Shown one piece after another: positions 22,001 to 34,874 of a DNA stretch of 64,000 bases (its first letter is position 1; every line of letters begins with the position of its first letter). The position numbers and the translations under genes were made by a program. This DNA comes from Zygnema circumcarinatum SAG 698-1b (taxonomy: Eukaryota; Plantae; Zygnematophyceae), in the NCBI GenBank assembly GCA_037447605.1, contig CM074808.1, forward strand, positions 3,100,001 to 3,164,000, written 5' to 3'. The notes below the pieces were generated by a model, which worked only from the letters and a program-made list of their open reading frames with translations, ran no database searches and was not told the origin of the DNA.

Positions 22001-23353
22001 TCAAAAAAACAAATGGAAGCAGCCCGAAGACCGTCAACAACATGGCGGTCGATCCCACAATAGTGAGGCCCCTATAATTCAAATACGTTAAGACCTGAAA
22101 AGTGGCAAATCCAACCATTTCTCAAAACTTTAGTTTATCACCGTAGGTTCCCACACTGGTCTGCTTATAGAAAAGGCATAGGGCACATCTAGTTTCTTAC
22201 TTGCCCTGGGATGGTTTTTGGTTTGTCAATTGAAAAATGATTCATAATTGGATGATATGTGGGGCTTCAGACTTTAACAGATTTTCCGCCTTTCAGTATC
22301 TTCTGAGTATACTTAATAGAAGCACTAGTGCTGCAATATGCAGGCGAGAAAAGGAGAGACATTGAGCGAGGAAAAAGAGAGAGATGCAGGGAAAAAGCAC
22401 GTACGGCAGTGATAGCGAGGAGAGCGAAAATTCGAGCTGGGCCCGCAGATAGTGCAGGCACTTCACTTTTTAGATAGTCCAGAAACAACACTGGATATAA
22501 AGAGTTATCTACCACTCCACTCAGCCATTTCCACCACCCTTCCTGCATGCGCCACCATCGGAACAAGAAAAATTCAATTTGTTTGTCGCTCAAGGACGTG
22601 CCATGCTTGACTAACAACAATCAGAGCAAAACTTGTTCCATTCACTTGAAGTGACAACACATGGTAATTCTGTGTGCAGTAATAGCATCTTTACTCATTT
22701 ATGTGTTCTAAGATAATCAAAGCTCTGAGCTTTTACCTGAAATCCCCAGTAAGGCCCAAAGGCTGCTGAAATCCATACAACATAGCCTCCATTTTCTGGA
22801 AATGTTGTCCCAAGCTCAGCAGTCACCAGAGCCTCGGGGATGCTCCAAATCTACAAGCCAAGCATCTTGCCATAAGACCAAGCTCTGAAACTACTGCAAG
22901 GATTTCATCGCATTTCACATTCAACGTTTCTTGATCGCTTATAGCTCTACAGATTCCTGGAAGTCAATTGGAAAACATTTATGATTATGGCACGATATAC
23001 GGCATCAAACATGTATGGTTTCGATCCATACATAAATAGCTGGAGGGTTGTGAGTTGCTTACAAACGGAAAAATTGTAAACCCAAGAATAGCAAGGAGTG
23101 GACCCCCATTTTTCACAGCAGATTCTACACCATACGGACCTCCTGAAACCTGCGCATTCAAAAGAATACGTTTCAGAATAGGTTCTGCAAGTTAAGAGTT
23201 CTAGACGAACAGCATCATAAATTGAAAACAGAAGTCAATTTCGGGTAATTGACGACCACTTACTTCATAAAATATGAGCGCTACCAAAGGCAGCAGAGAG
23301 AGTTTAGCTCCGTGAGGGCCGAGCTTTTCAGCAAGTCCATCAACATGCTGCAT
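19095..23353 (-). CDS. PUT: Polyamine uptake transporter (PUT/RMV1, LAT family), about 10 exons
   Basis: [14 protein letters not shown]|VSGGPYGVE...|[26 protein letters not shown]...FQ|[25 protein letters not shown]|[13 protein letters not shown]|[16 protein letters not shown]|TLAGEV...[10 protein letters not shown]|[16 protein letters not shown]...|[19 protein letters not shown]. An additional upstream exon near 25.1 kb is possible. Confidence 0.93.
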
Positions 23354-25868
23354 TCAGGACAATGGCAAGCACCATAAGGTCAACTGAAGTTCACACAGAA
23401 GTCTTACGAGCAGTTTCAAAATTGAGCTCAAACATGAAGTTCAAATAAAGTGGATTCGGAATGAAAGTTGGACATCAAAAGAAAACTCTGAAGCCCCAAA
23501 TCGCTAGCCAAGAAAGACAGGCTCACAGGTGAAGCAACAAAGGTAAAACTGTGTATTCCATCTAAGAGGGGTTCAACGATAATTAGACATTTTCCTCTCA
23601 CTCACGCAAGGATCCAGTCTACAATAAGTTGAGAAAACCGCAAGAAGTCTTTAAACCACAATTCCATCCAATCTGGTCATACAGAAGAAGCTTGACAAGT
23701 AAATCTTCATTTTTTAGGTTGTATGGCTTAGAACCTTCGGCTAATTTTCTCCAGGTGAAACTTCGGTGTTTGCTCACTCTAATTCGCAACTATGGCCAAT
23801 ATGCATGCTTGAACTTACTGCTTATGTGCAAATTGTACCACTCTCATACTTTAGAGCTCTTGTGAGCATTCGCAGTAGAACTTTATCTCTATGCAAAAGA
23901 TGCTGCACAATTGCGCAACATTTTTCCAAAGTCAGACGAATAGCTTGTCTGCGAGCCTCCTGTTCACTATGTATCGAAGCGCTAGCACACCAAAGCCATG
24001 CAGCTATAAGGGGCAGCTTGTGCAAGCATTACCCGCTGATGCCTCGAGGTTTTACTTGCATATTCCAAGCAATCATGTATGAATCTGGGATATCGCAGTT
24101 GTATTATCTGCTTCATGAAGTTTGGCTTGCCAAACTGGACAGACAGACAGACAGGCAAAAAAGAAACATTGATACATTAGTTGAGAATTTGCGCAATTAT
24201 TGTTTGATACCTTCCTCCACTTTTTGGTTACTCATTGATGATGAATAGATTGTGAAAATTCAAATGCAAGGAAAAATTTTGGAAAGGACAAGACGAGAGT
24301 ACACCCTACTTTATCAAAACTGTGGTCAACATGAATTTGCCAGCAATTCTCAGTCAAAAACTCACTCCAAGGGCTTCAGCTCAGTTAAAAACAACGAAGT
24401 AAACTGGCAAGGATTGAAATAAGCCAGACACCTTCAAGACAAAATTTAAAAAACTAAACCGGAATCATTGAGTTACAGAACAAGGAAAAAGGGATGAAAT
24501 GCAGTGTCGCAGCCAAACTCCGTCGTACTTTTAGTGGACCTAGACTTCTCGTGATGCTCGCACGAGCTTTTACATTGTATGTTTTAGACCATTGCATGCA
24601 GTGGGTTGAAAAACCACAGCGGCGCTTTCTGGGAAGAAAAAGGGCGCATTGAAGTAGAAAAACATCTACGATACCGTGCATACAGTTGGTAATCAACAGA
24701 AGAACAGATTCATGCTCATTACTGCAATAATAAAGATTAATTCTCAATGTTCTGCATAAGTTTCAGGTTGTCCTTAGACACGTAGCGGACGGGTAAGCAA
24801 CAACTTCCCAACATCATCCTGGCTAAGAGCGAGGCACGCTACGGACGATTTCATCAGCTTGAGCGATAACGGTCGAGTTCAAATATTTGGAATCATACTA
24901 AATCAGAACAAGGTATCATCACCGGCGGTTGAAACCTCTGAAACCTCGGAAAGCATGACAAACTGCACGTTTTAACTGAATGCCACATTATTATTTTTAC
25001 GAGCCCATTAAATTACGACACTTTCCACATTCAGCCTTTGTCCTACACTTCGCAAAAGCCATGAAGTCAGATCCCCTTGCCTCATGTTGATTGGACGTCG
25101 TGACCTTCTCTCCGCTGGAACTCCTCCGCATGGACATTTGGATCTTCACTTTCGCAGGAGGGAGGGGGAAGAGCAGAGAAACAGAGGGAGAGAGGAAGGG
25201 AGGGAGGGAGAGAGAGAGACGGAGGATCGTGCTGCAAAACGGAGAGCTCTCCCGCTCCACGCCTCTGCTCCTGCCTGCCTCGCGCCCACCAGCGCTCCTC
25301 TGCCGTCCGTCGTCCAGGGACCCCGCCTGCCGTACAGTTGCGTATGGTCCGTATGGTGCCAACCGGCGGGTCCCAACGGTTGGCGCTGCGGGGCACATGC
25401 CATGCCATGCCATGCCATGGGAGCGCGGCATGGCATAGGTTTGACAGCGCGTGCCCAGTTGGGAGATAGGCGGGCCAGATGTGGAAAATATCTCAGAAGA
25501 TTCTCGATTTAACGGTTTTTGAAGCCAATGGTTGGTCCTCCAAACCCCGTTAGTCGGTGGCCTCCTGGGCGGCCCGCTCGCAGGCGGGCACGTGGCGGGC
25601 GGTGGCGACCTCCCGTACACATCCCGGCTCCACCGACACGCCCTACGAAGGCCATATGAAGGCGCCGCGGGTAGGTCGGTGCCATGGCCCATGGGCCGCT
25701 TGCAATATATCGAGATATTGCGGTTATAGTACTGCATGGAACGGGCTTGCAGTTCGTCGGAAGCCACGGCGAAACTGGCTGCATGGAGCCGCAACCCAAA
25801 CCGCCGAGTGTGCTTAGGGCGCTGCCTGGTATTTAGGGTTCGCCTCTCCGCCTGCACTGGGGGCGAGC

Positions 25869-28800
25869 ATGGCGCAGATTCCCAGTCTCGACGGAGCTGT
25901 GCTCAACCTGAACTCCATCAGGTGAGAGAAAGAGGGAGAGAGGCGGATGAAATATTTGGAGAGCCATGCGAGATGATGAGAGAGAGAGAGAGAGAGAAAG
26001 TAGAGCTCTAAGAGGGCGCCAGAGAGAGTTATATGGAGAAACGTAGAGAGGTTTCATATGCGGAAGGGATCAGGTATAGCGCAGGAGACAATTTTCTCGT
26101 CGAGATGTCTTTCGTTGTCTCTAGTTCAAATCCACTTCATCCATTTGAAAAAGATTAAGTGCTCGCAAATTCAATTGAACATCAGCACCAAAGCCAAGGC
26201 TGAATCTGCTGAAACTCTCAATTTCTTTCATACTCGCCTCAAAAACAAAGCATTTGGTTGGGCTTTTTCGTTCGCCAGGGATCAGGCGCGGGGAGAGCTT
26301 GTTGATGCATTAGACTCGGTACGCCTGCATTCACAATCCAATGCTGGTGAAACTTGCAATAGAGGCGGACATTGGTTTTGACCATGTTCCTCTCGTAAAA
26401 AGGGCTTATATGTGCAATGTTTCGCTTTTTACGTCTCTACGCGAGTTTCGCATGAAAAGCATTATTGTTGCCAATCATGTTTGCATTAAATTTCTTTAAC
26501 ATATGTGAACTTGCATTTTAGGGTCAAAAGGGGTTGAGTTCACATGAGTGGACATTTCATCACTGAATCTGACAAGGGTTTTTAGGGTTTGGAGCTCAGA
26601 TTCCTGGAAGAAAGGTGTTGGTGCTTGATCCGAAGCTAAGCGGCCCTCTTGCTTTGATTGTTCAGACGTCTCTACTCAAGGTGAAATCACTGTTTCATGA
26701 CGTCTTTTTCCTGAAGTTGATGCAACAATAACATGCATGGTTTGTTCTTTTCGTGACTAAGGTTAGTCAATATCGCTGTGAATTCAGCGGTCTCCATTGT
26801 TCTGCTACAGTTTCTTGTCGTTTTGGACTTTATGCAGGAACATGGTGTCGAAAACCTCTATCACCTTTCCTTTGAAGCTATTGATAGTGAATGTCGGAAG
26901 ATCATGTACTTGGTGCGGCCACGTGTAGCTCTAATGCGACAAATCGCAACACAAATTCGGGCTGATGTGAAAGCAAGACAGGCTCGACAGTACCACCTTT
27001 TTTTCATGCCTCGGCGGACGATTGTATGCGAGAAAGTAAGGGATTAATTCACAGATATGGAAAAAAGAGACTGAAAACAGAAACATTATTTCCAAAGGAG
27101 AATGGCTCTTTATGCTAGAAGTTGTCGACCCTCTCCCATATACTCGAAGACATTGAAGGCCCTAGAAATTGCTGTGGAATGAAAAAAGAGGCCGCAGCAA
27201 GGATGAGAAGAAGCATGGATTCTGCCCGTTGCTCAAAGTTGCTTGGATTTGCTAAGTTGTAAAATGTTGAGGGCAGGATGAATAATACCTCTAATTTGCT
27301 AAACCAATGAGAGGGTTTCAGGTGTTGGAAGAGGAGGGGGTCTATGCCGATATCACGTTCGGGGAATACACGCTTGACCTTATACCTTTCGATGAAGATG
27401 TCCTCTCATTAGAACTTGCAACAGCTTACAAGGTAGAGCCGCCAACTGGAGCAGTGAGATATGTCTACGTCGTGGCAAAGTTCCACATGGAATTGCTGCT
27501 TGAGTGTTGCATTCTGTTCACTCAGTTGTCAACCATCTATTTTTACCCAAAAGACTTTGGCTTTGACCTGGTAAATGGGGAATGTGGACACTGCAGGAAT
27601 GTCAAGTAGACGGCGATCGAAGCGTTCTTTATTACATGGCTAGAGCTCTGACAAAACTGCAGGTCAGTGCTGATGTTTCAAAAAGGTTGGCAATGTCAAT
27701 AGTAGGATGATATCATGATGGTAGCTGCATATGCTTCCAGGAGACATGCTTGTTTGAACGGTTTCTTTCTTCGTGTCTTTGGGCAGGCAGTTTTTGGGGT
27801 AATACCCTTAATAAAAGGAAAGGGGAGGGCGGCCTTAGCGGTAGCAGAGCTCTTGCCTCGCATGCGGAGGGAACAGCTGTCGGATGTGCCTACAGTAAGC
27901 GCAGCACAACCCCTTAAACCTTGACCACCGAAGCCCTGAACCCTACCACTCTAACATCATGAAATCCTACAATTCGAGTCGAACTATAGAACCTCAGTGC
28001 ATAAGGAAATCATGCATGTTGGCGGTTCTTGTTCACATTATTGTTATGGCGATTGATGGAACGACGGGGGGAATGTGGTGCAGCCGGAAGTCTCCAACAT
28101 CAGCATGTGCATTCTGCTTGACCGCCAGGTGTCGCCACCTCCTTGAACGGTGGAAATGCGCAAGGTGCACATGGAACAGCAGTTAAAGGCATACAGGACA
28201 AAGGACGCCTTCACGTTTGAGCTGCAAATAGAAGAGCAGCTGATGTGGACATGTCTGAGTTTGACATTGACGAATGGGGTGCTGCCAGGTGGACATGGTT
28301 ACACCTTTATGCACTCAACTCACTTACGAGGGACTTCTCGACGAGGTATAGGAACTTAGTATCACTTGAATTGAAAATGAACGAATGACTGATGTTTTCC
28401 TGACGACGAGCTTTTGTGATTCAATTCAAAAGCTGTATTGAAGGGAAAAATGATTATGTTGAAGAGTGGAGGTTGCAGTTTTTGGGAATAAACAATGGAT
28501 CTGTCGAGGTGGATCCGCTCGTAATGGGAGTTGAAAAATCCGCAAAGCTTAAAGTCCCGCTCAACTCAAGGTGAGATTCTTTTTTCAGTTCACCTTTCTC
28601 GCATACCCGACCTGATGGTAGTCGCATGACGTTACACCGTGTCACATCGTCTAATATCATGCCACTATGTTGCCATGCTGTGCATGTTAATGTTATGAAC
28701 TAAATCCCAAAAAGTTAGTGTTGGCTCGTTGATTGTTAAGTCCCTCTTTCTTTTTGCGCCGCAGCGATAAGCTTTTCCGCGAACTACGAGACGTGAACTT

Positions 28801-31800
28801 TGCGGTGGTCGGCCAAGTACGCTTCTCTCGCTGGGCATTTCTAATCCGATTTTTGCCATAGAGCGGCAGTGATTGCCGAATACAATCTTTGAACCAATCT
28901 TTGCTTTTAGGAAACGTTTGTGATTCTTTTGCTTCTTAAGTTTTTTCTTGAGGTAAATTGCACCATTCTGAGTGTTTACGGTTTAGATCGGAGTCGAAGG
29001 TTTCTATGGGTCGTTATGACTGAGAGGATGGGTTGGAGGAGGATTTAGATGCTTCGACAAAAGGCGACCAGCATGAAGCAAGATTATGCAGACGTGACTG
29101 CCCAGGTTGGAAAAGGACAAACTCAGAAAGCTTTACGTATTTGGCCATGATCGCGCTTGCTGAAATAGAGGATGTTTGAATGTAATAATCAGAACAGAGG
29201 CTGATCAACAATCTAACAGCGTTCCCCCCCNNNNNNNNNNCCCCCCCCCCCCCCCCCCCTCCCCCCCCTTGGAGTCTGCAGAATCAGTCTGTTTCCGACC
29301 TAAGGGATTTCGTCAAGAAGTTGAATGCACTGCCGGAAATGACAGTGAGTCCAAATCTAGTGGCTTTTAGCACTTCTGTTGACAGCAGAGACGTGTGCGT
29401 TCGTTTTTTTTTCTCCTTTTTAAGAGACCGAAGATTGCTGGTATTGGACGTTCAGAGACACACCAATCTCGCTCAGCACCTTTCGGCCTTCACTACGAAG
29501 CAGCCATTTCTGAACCGGCTCGGCATGGAGCAGAGTCTCGTTGAAGGTCGAAGCTTTGATTCGTAAGCATCTTCTGAATCTTTAACGGTGGACTCTGTAA
29601 AGCTTTCCAATCAAAGTTAAAGTCAACGCCAAAGTCAAGGTTTGTGCCTGTAAAGCAGGAAGAGGTTGTGTTTCCCATTGTTAAGTGAGAGATTATAAGA
29701 CCCTCGGTTGAGTGCAAGCCCGCTCTCAAGACCCTAAAAACTGCAAGGACCTCAGACGTACTGAACTTAATCAAAATAAAGACTTGGAACTTAAAACTAA
29801 AAATGTACAAGGACTGTTCCCCCTGGGCTCGTCCACAGAGCATATGATTACATTGAGGAAGCGATTCAAAAGCAGGAGCCCCTTCTGAGTGTGCTCCGTC
29901 TGCTCTGTCTCTTCTCTCTCACGTGTGGGGGGCTCCCAAAAAAACAGTTCGACCAGTTAAGGTAAAGCATTCTGCCACTGCCCAACCTTACAGCAAAAGG
30001 AGTTTAGGGTTCTAGATGTTTTTTGGGTTTTGTGAGGCCGTCAGCCAAGTTAATGGTTTTGTTGACTTTATTAACGCTCGTTAGGAGTAGGGATGGTGGA
30101 AGCAGACGAGAGCTTCTGCATAGTTATGGCTTTGAGCACCTGTTCACACTTGACAATTTGGAGAAAGCGGGTCTTTTGAGGAAGCAGGTAACCTCCTTTT
30201 TCATATCACTCCCCCGGGATTCGCGTAATTGTTAATTGAACAGCCTTAAGGCAAAATACCAATGTGTTCCCGGGGCGATTTGCATGGTAAGGCATGCAAG
30301 CTTGAAACTAGGATCTACAATTGGTGAGCACGGACCATGAGGGGATGGCTATTTTCTTGCTTTTTGGGGATTCTCGGGTTTCCCCCTTCTGGGATATTTC
30401 GATTTGTACGATTTTGTTGTATTTGAACGGTTGGGGCTTCTTGGTTTCGGAATTTGCAGGAGGGAAAGAGTAATTGGCAGGCCATTAAACGCAGTCTGCG
30501 ACTCGTTGTGGACGACCTCGATGAAGCGAAGTGAGTACTGGAAACATGCTTTCTAGTCCCCTAGCCTTCTACAATGAAGCAGGGCTAAAGAAGAACCATG
30601 GTAACTCCCTCATGTTAAGTATCCGCATGCGGGTAATATAGTGGCTGTTTTTCCTAACATATCTCGATCAGGTCCTTCTGGTAACTGTGTAGCAACCCAA
30701 AAGTGTCAAATTAGTCTGCTTGCATGACTTGAACATTCAAGCTTTCTTTCGTGGGTGAAAGTGAATTATCGTCCAAGCTGACCTGCTTTCGCTCGGTCAT
30801 AACTTGGCAGTTCATCGTGTAAATGCTTTGCGAAGTTTCCATTGGGATGTCGACTTTGAGAAATCTCTGTTCTAAAGTTGTAACCGTTCCATGGGTCTGC
30901 TGTTCGGTGATCTGTTCAGCCCAAACGATATTGCGTACACGTATTCCGGATACGCCCCAATGAGTATACGGCTGGTTCAGCAGGCACTTTCAAAGGGAGG
31001 ATGGTAAGGCCAAAAGTAACGTGGGCAGAGTTTAATTCCTGGAAAAAACATTGGAAGTTATGTTTTATTGAGCTTGGTGTCCTGAGCTTTAGACTGTCAT
31101 TTTCATTTGTGAATTTCAGGAAAGCGTTGGACGAGGTTCTGCGATCACTTCCGGGACCCCATTTTGAGAGGAAACAGGTGTGGATAGAACACTGTCACGC
31201 AATAGGAGTTCAGTGGGCTTTTCTCCCTTCCTGATATACATCATCTATTTTACCGCCTTGCTTGAGTTCCAACGTTGGGGCTTGGGGCTGAAATTGTGCC
31301 GTTGATTCTGCAGTCAGAAGATGGAAGCAGCTACATTCCCGACACATCGGGTGTTCTGCCGGAAAGGTAACGAGCCTCTTTTTGTTGAACATGTGAGACA
31401 TAACTGCGGCAGATGATTTGCGTGATCTGATGCAAACTGTCACACGGATATAAGTCTGAGATAAGACGCCTCTTCTGCTAGGTGAAGCTACATCTTCATG
31501 TAGCCGTAGTGGCATTTCATTTCATTCCATTTTTTTTTTGGATGCCGTGTATGCAGCAGAGGGCCTGCCCTCCTTGATTCCGATACTGAAGTGTGCATAG
31601 TGAGTGATGTCTCAATGCAGTCGGAGTGATGAGCGGCCCGTAGTCCTCGTGGTTTTCATCGGAGGCGTCACATTCGCAGAAATGTCCGCTCTTCGATTTT
31701 TGAGCGCACAGGTGCGGAGTCGACTCTGTGCAGATTGTCAAGATGTTCCTGTTGTGTGTTCCATACGATCTTGAGTTTGCAGGGTTCCTTTTGAAGTAAT

Positions 31801-32012
31801 TTTCCTCCCTTTCCAAAGAAGGATGATAGGAAAGGCTTGCAGTGCATCCAAATTCATCATCATCATCATCAAGTGTCAGCTTGCAGTGACAAGTTTTGTT
31901 CTGAGTGGTTTGTTACTTCCAGGAGGGCATGAAGTACGACTTTGTAGCAGTCGCCACAAAACTGATCAATGGCAATTCTCTCCTGCAAACCCTCGTGGAT
32001 GATCCCTCTTGA
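25869..32012 (+). CDS. VPS33: Vacuolar protein sorting 33 (Sec1/Munc18 family), multi-exon
   Basis: [18 protein letters not shown]|[13 protein letters not shown]|[15 protein letters not shown]...YLVRP...PRRTIVCEK|...[12 protein letters not shown]...[14 protein letters not shown]|RHTNLAQHL...[24 protein letters not shown]...[17 protein letters not shown]...[16 protein letters not shown]...[13 protein letters not shown]. Contains an assembly gap in the intron at 29231-29240. Confidence 0.95.
29231..29240. other. Assembly gap (10 N) inside a poly-C run; similar gaps at 61353-61362 and 63953-63962
   Basis: N runs are directly visible, each adjoining a C homopolymer. Confidence 0.99.
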
Positions 32013-32684
32013 GCAAAGGAGGATCAGCTCCAAACTATGGTTGTGAGTCTAGCAAAGCTGTTTGCAGCAAACCCCCCTCCGTTACAGCCACACCCCTATT
32101 TTTATCAACCTTTTCGTTTCTCTTCTTTTAGTGGATGGAAATGCTTTGAGTCCTTTGGGAGGCCCTGTTGGAAGGAATGTAATGTAATGTAATGTAGGAA
32201 AGTTGGGTGTAGCCTCTAAGGTTGACCGATAGATGTGAAAGTCAGATAGGGAGGCAAATTAGCCATCTCGGCAGTAACTTCGAATTTGCCACCACTGTTT
32301 CACGCTGTGAACCTCGTGATGGCTCACTCGCTAAGAAGTACAATGTATGAGAATGGGCGGTATCTAAAGTGTTCTACATTTGTATCAATCTTCTTCCAAT
32401 CTCTGAAAAGAGCAAACTAATGGCTAACCAGTCACGCTTCTCCTACTAGCAGTTTAGCTATAAACAAGCATAAGAAGTTTAGGCGAATGGTGACACATAT
32501 GTTGTATGATCACTGCACTGCCATGACTAAAACTCAGCCATTTAAACGAACACTTCACAAGATCAATCTGCTACAAAAACAGGCCGAAATCCCAACTGCG
32601 AGAATAGCTAGTAACGTAAAGTAGGGAGAGATTAATAAACATTTACAAACTAAGGTAACCCCATATCGTCGTGATGGCTTTGCA

Positions 32685-34290
32685 TCAACCCGCCCAGGGC
32701 CACAAGACGATTGCCTTCACCATGTTGGTGGCGTTCACAACGAACATGGGGTCCATGAGGTGCATGTTCGAGTATGCGAGCTGCGCCAGCTGCGTGACGC
32801 CCACCATGATGAGCACATTTCGCATCCTCGAGAAGAGGCCTATCAGCTCGTTGACCACTAGAACCATTATCTCCTCCTGTCTCTCCATGGCTTCCACGGC
32901 ATCTGGCTGACTCTCCACTGCTAGGTTGGCCATCTGCAGCATTGGTGTTCGAGCTCGAAATGCGAGGATTGCAACAGCTCCATAATCTATGGCGGTGGCC
33001 ATTCCAGCCAGCTTTCCCAAATTAGGCGGCTGCATGTGGAACAGAAACAGCAGGCAAGCTTAGTCATAGGAGGTGACTCTGCATCGTCTGAAACCCCACG
33101 CTGTGACTTTTACAATACAAGCACGCATCGCTTGACAACTAAAAACTTGAACTTAAACTCTGCCCACTTACCTTTGTTGCGAAAGCAGAAATAAGAGGTG
33201 TCGCTACACCTCGGACGAGTGCAAGGCCGATACAAGCGATGCCGAGATGGGAGAGGACTTTTGCGAGCGCCTTCACTCGGGCACGCTTCTGCCTCTCTAC
33301 ATATTTGAACACACCCAAAAGCTCTCCACTGATCTCAAGTACCAGTGGCTGTCGAAACTCCAGTGTCTGTGTGAACACACAAATGCAACAGCTTCGTTGA
33401 GTCTTTAAGGAGGCAGTCTATCGTGGCCTTAGGTATCCAATGTGGTAGCTTTCCCCTAAGTTAAACTTGAAGATTAACCAGGAAAAAAAAAGCTGCGGGA
33501 AAGCTCCAATGAAGTAACCCCTCAAAAAATTACGGCCACAACTCAGCCAGGGCTGATCTGCACGATGATGTACCCTCGAAGACTGGTTACCCGTTAAGAC
33601 AAGCAGCTACTTTCGGAAACTAATATTCCACAACCATGGAAATCTGCCGTTTTTCAAGTGTTCTACTTCCAAAAAACCCATGAATAACAGCACTACTATT
33701 AAGGTTCTCTTTGTCTCTACCTTTATCTTCACAGATTCAAGCGACGCCTTCCCCTCTGTCGATTCATCAGCATGCAAACCCTCCGTCCCGGTAACCCTAA
33801 ACTCTGCGAGCGCTTGCCTTTCCTGCAGGTCAGAGCTGGCTGCTGCCATTGAAACCCCTATTCCTGAAAGCTTCAAAAGGTCTGCGGACGCCATAGCTGC
33901 AACTTCCATCTTTAAATTCGAATCAAGGTTCTCTCCTCCTCCACTGACCACCTCCTGTGAAGCTAAGTTCCCTTCATTCACCCTCGTCCGAAAGCAACCC
34001 TTCCCACAATGCTTTTCTCCCCGGAAACGCCCGCTGACTTCCAACGTTTTTTGCGTAATATCTGCAGGTTGAAGCTTCCAGGACACTGCCTCTAAGCTCC
34101 GAGAAACAGAAAAACCTGACCTGTGCTTCCTCCCAGCCACTCCTGCTCGCACAGGCGTTGTCTCCACTCCTGAGGCGCAATTGTGGAGGCTCCCCCTCCT
34201 TTTTCCCCTTTTCCGGTGCTCGATATCTTCCGCCATTTTCACTGACGCGTGGCAGTAGAAGGCGTGCTGCCGATGTTCCATGGCCGCCAT
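32685..34290 (-). CDS. Hypothetical membrane protein, possibly plastid-targeted (3 exons)
   Basis: Long first exon from gccATGg at 34290 to about 33668 ending in hydrophobic TLIVVLLFMGFLE; second exon TLEFRQPL...HLGIACIGLALVRG...FATK|gtaagt; third exon PPNLGKLAG...to stop at 32685. Family not recognised. Confidence 0.6.
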
Positions 34291-34414
34291 GGCGAGGGCT
34301 CGCGAGGAGGCGGTCCTCCTCGCCCTGAGAGAGAGAGAGAGAGAGAGAGCGAGGGGCGAGGGGGTTCGCTGCTCCGCTCGTCAGAGCTCGCACGGAGGGA
34401 GAACCAAGTAGGAA

Positions 34415-34468
34415 CCAACCACAGAGCTCCACGTCGGACAAATTGATGACATGGCAAACTCTGATTCG
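34415..34468. promoter_or_regulatory. CCAAT/ACGT dyad element (degenerate) in the hypothetical|DEAD-box divergent region
   Basis: CCAAC-N9-CCACGT-N14-ACATGG-N9-ATTCG; exact spacing with 3 mismatches across 22 specified positions. Confidence 0.55.
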
Positions 34469-34874
34469 TCCACGCTGTCCAAGGAGAGAAGGCAGACATG
34501 CCGTACGGTCGTTTCTGACCGTACATATTGTTCATTATGCGCCGTACTATCCACAAAAGTGTGTGTACGAACATTCCAAAACGTATTTCAGAAATGCGTC
34601 TCAACTTCTTGGGCAGCCTAAAAAAGGTCGGCCGGGAATAATCTAACGATCAGAAAATACCCAGAAAAAAAAACCAAAAAAAAAAAAAAAATCACAAAAA
34701 AAAATCGCAATACTGTACTGTATCAATGTGATATGTACGTACAGTATGGACTTGGACGAGGTGCTGTACGAAGGATGGCGGTTCTGGGAAGACTCGAACC
34801 CACGACCTCCTCCGCGATAGCCCTCCCGTCGAGAGCGCACCATGGCGGCGGGCGGGCGCGCAGAGGCCACAGCC

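Noticed and set aside
25420-25868. Search for the dyad element in the PUT|VPS33 divergent region and in the 42.3-42.7 kb G-box cluster
   Set aside because: G-boxes and CCAAT boxes are present but not at N9 spacing, so they were not counted as dyad copies.
34775-34850. tRNA-like segment on the minus strand (AGGTCGTGGGTTCGAGTC, B-box at 34791-34800)
   Set aside because: The T-stem pairs poorly, and there is no A-box, acceptor stem or anticodon arm. At most an isolated B-box or SINE relic.
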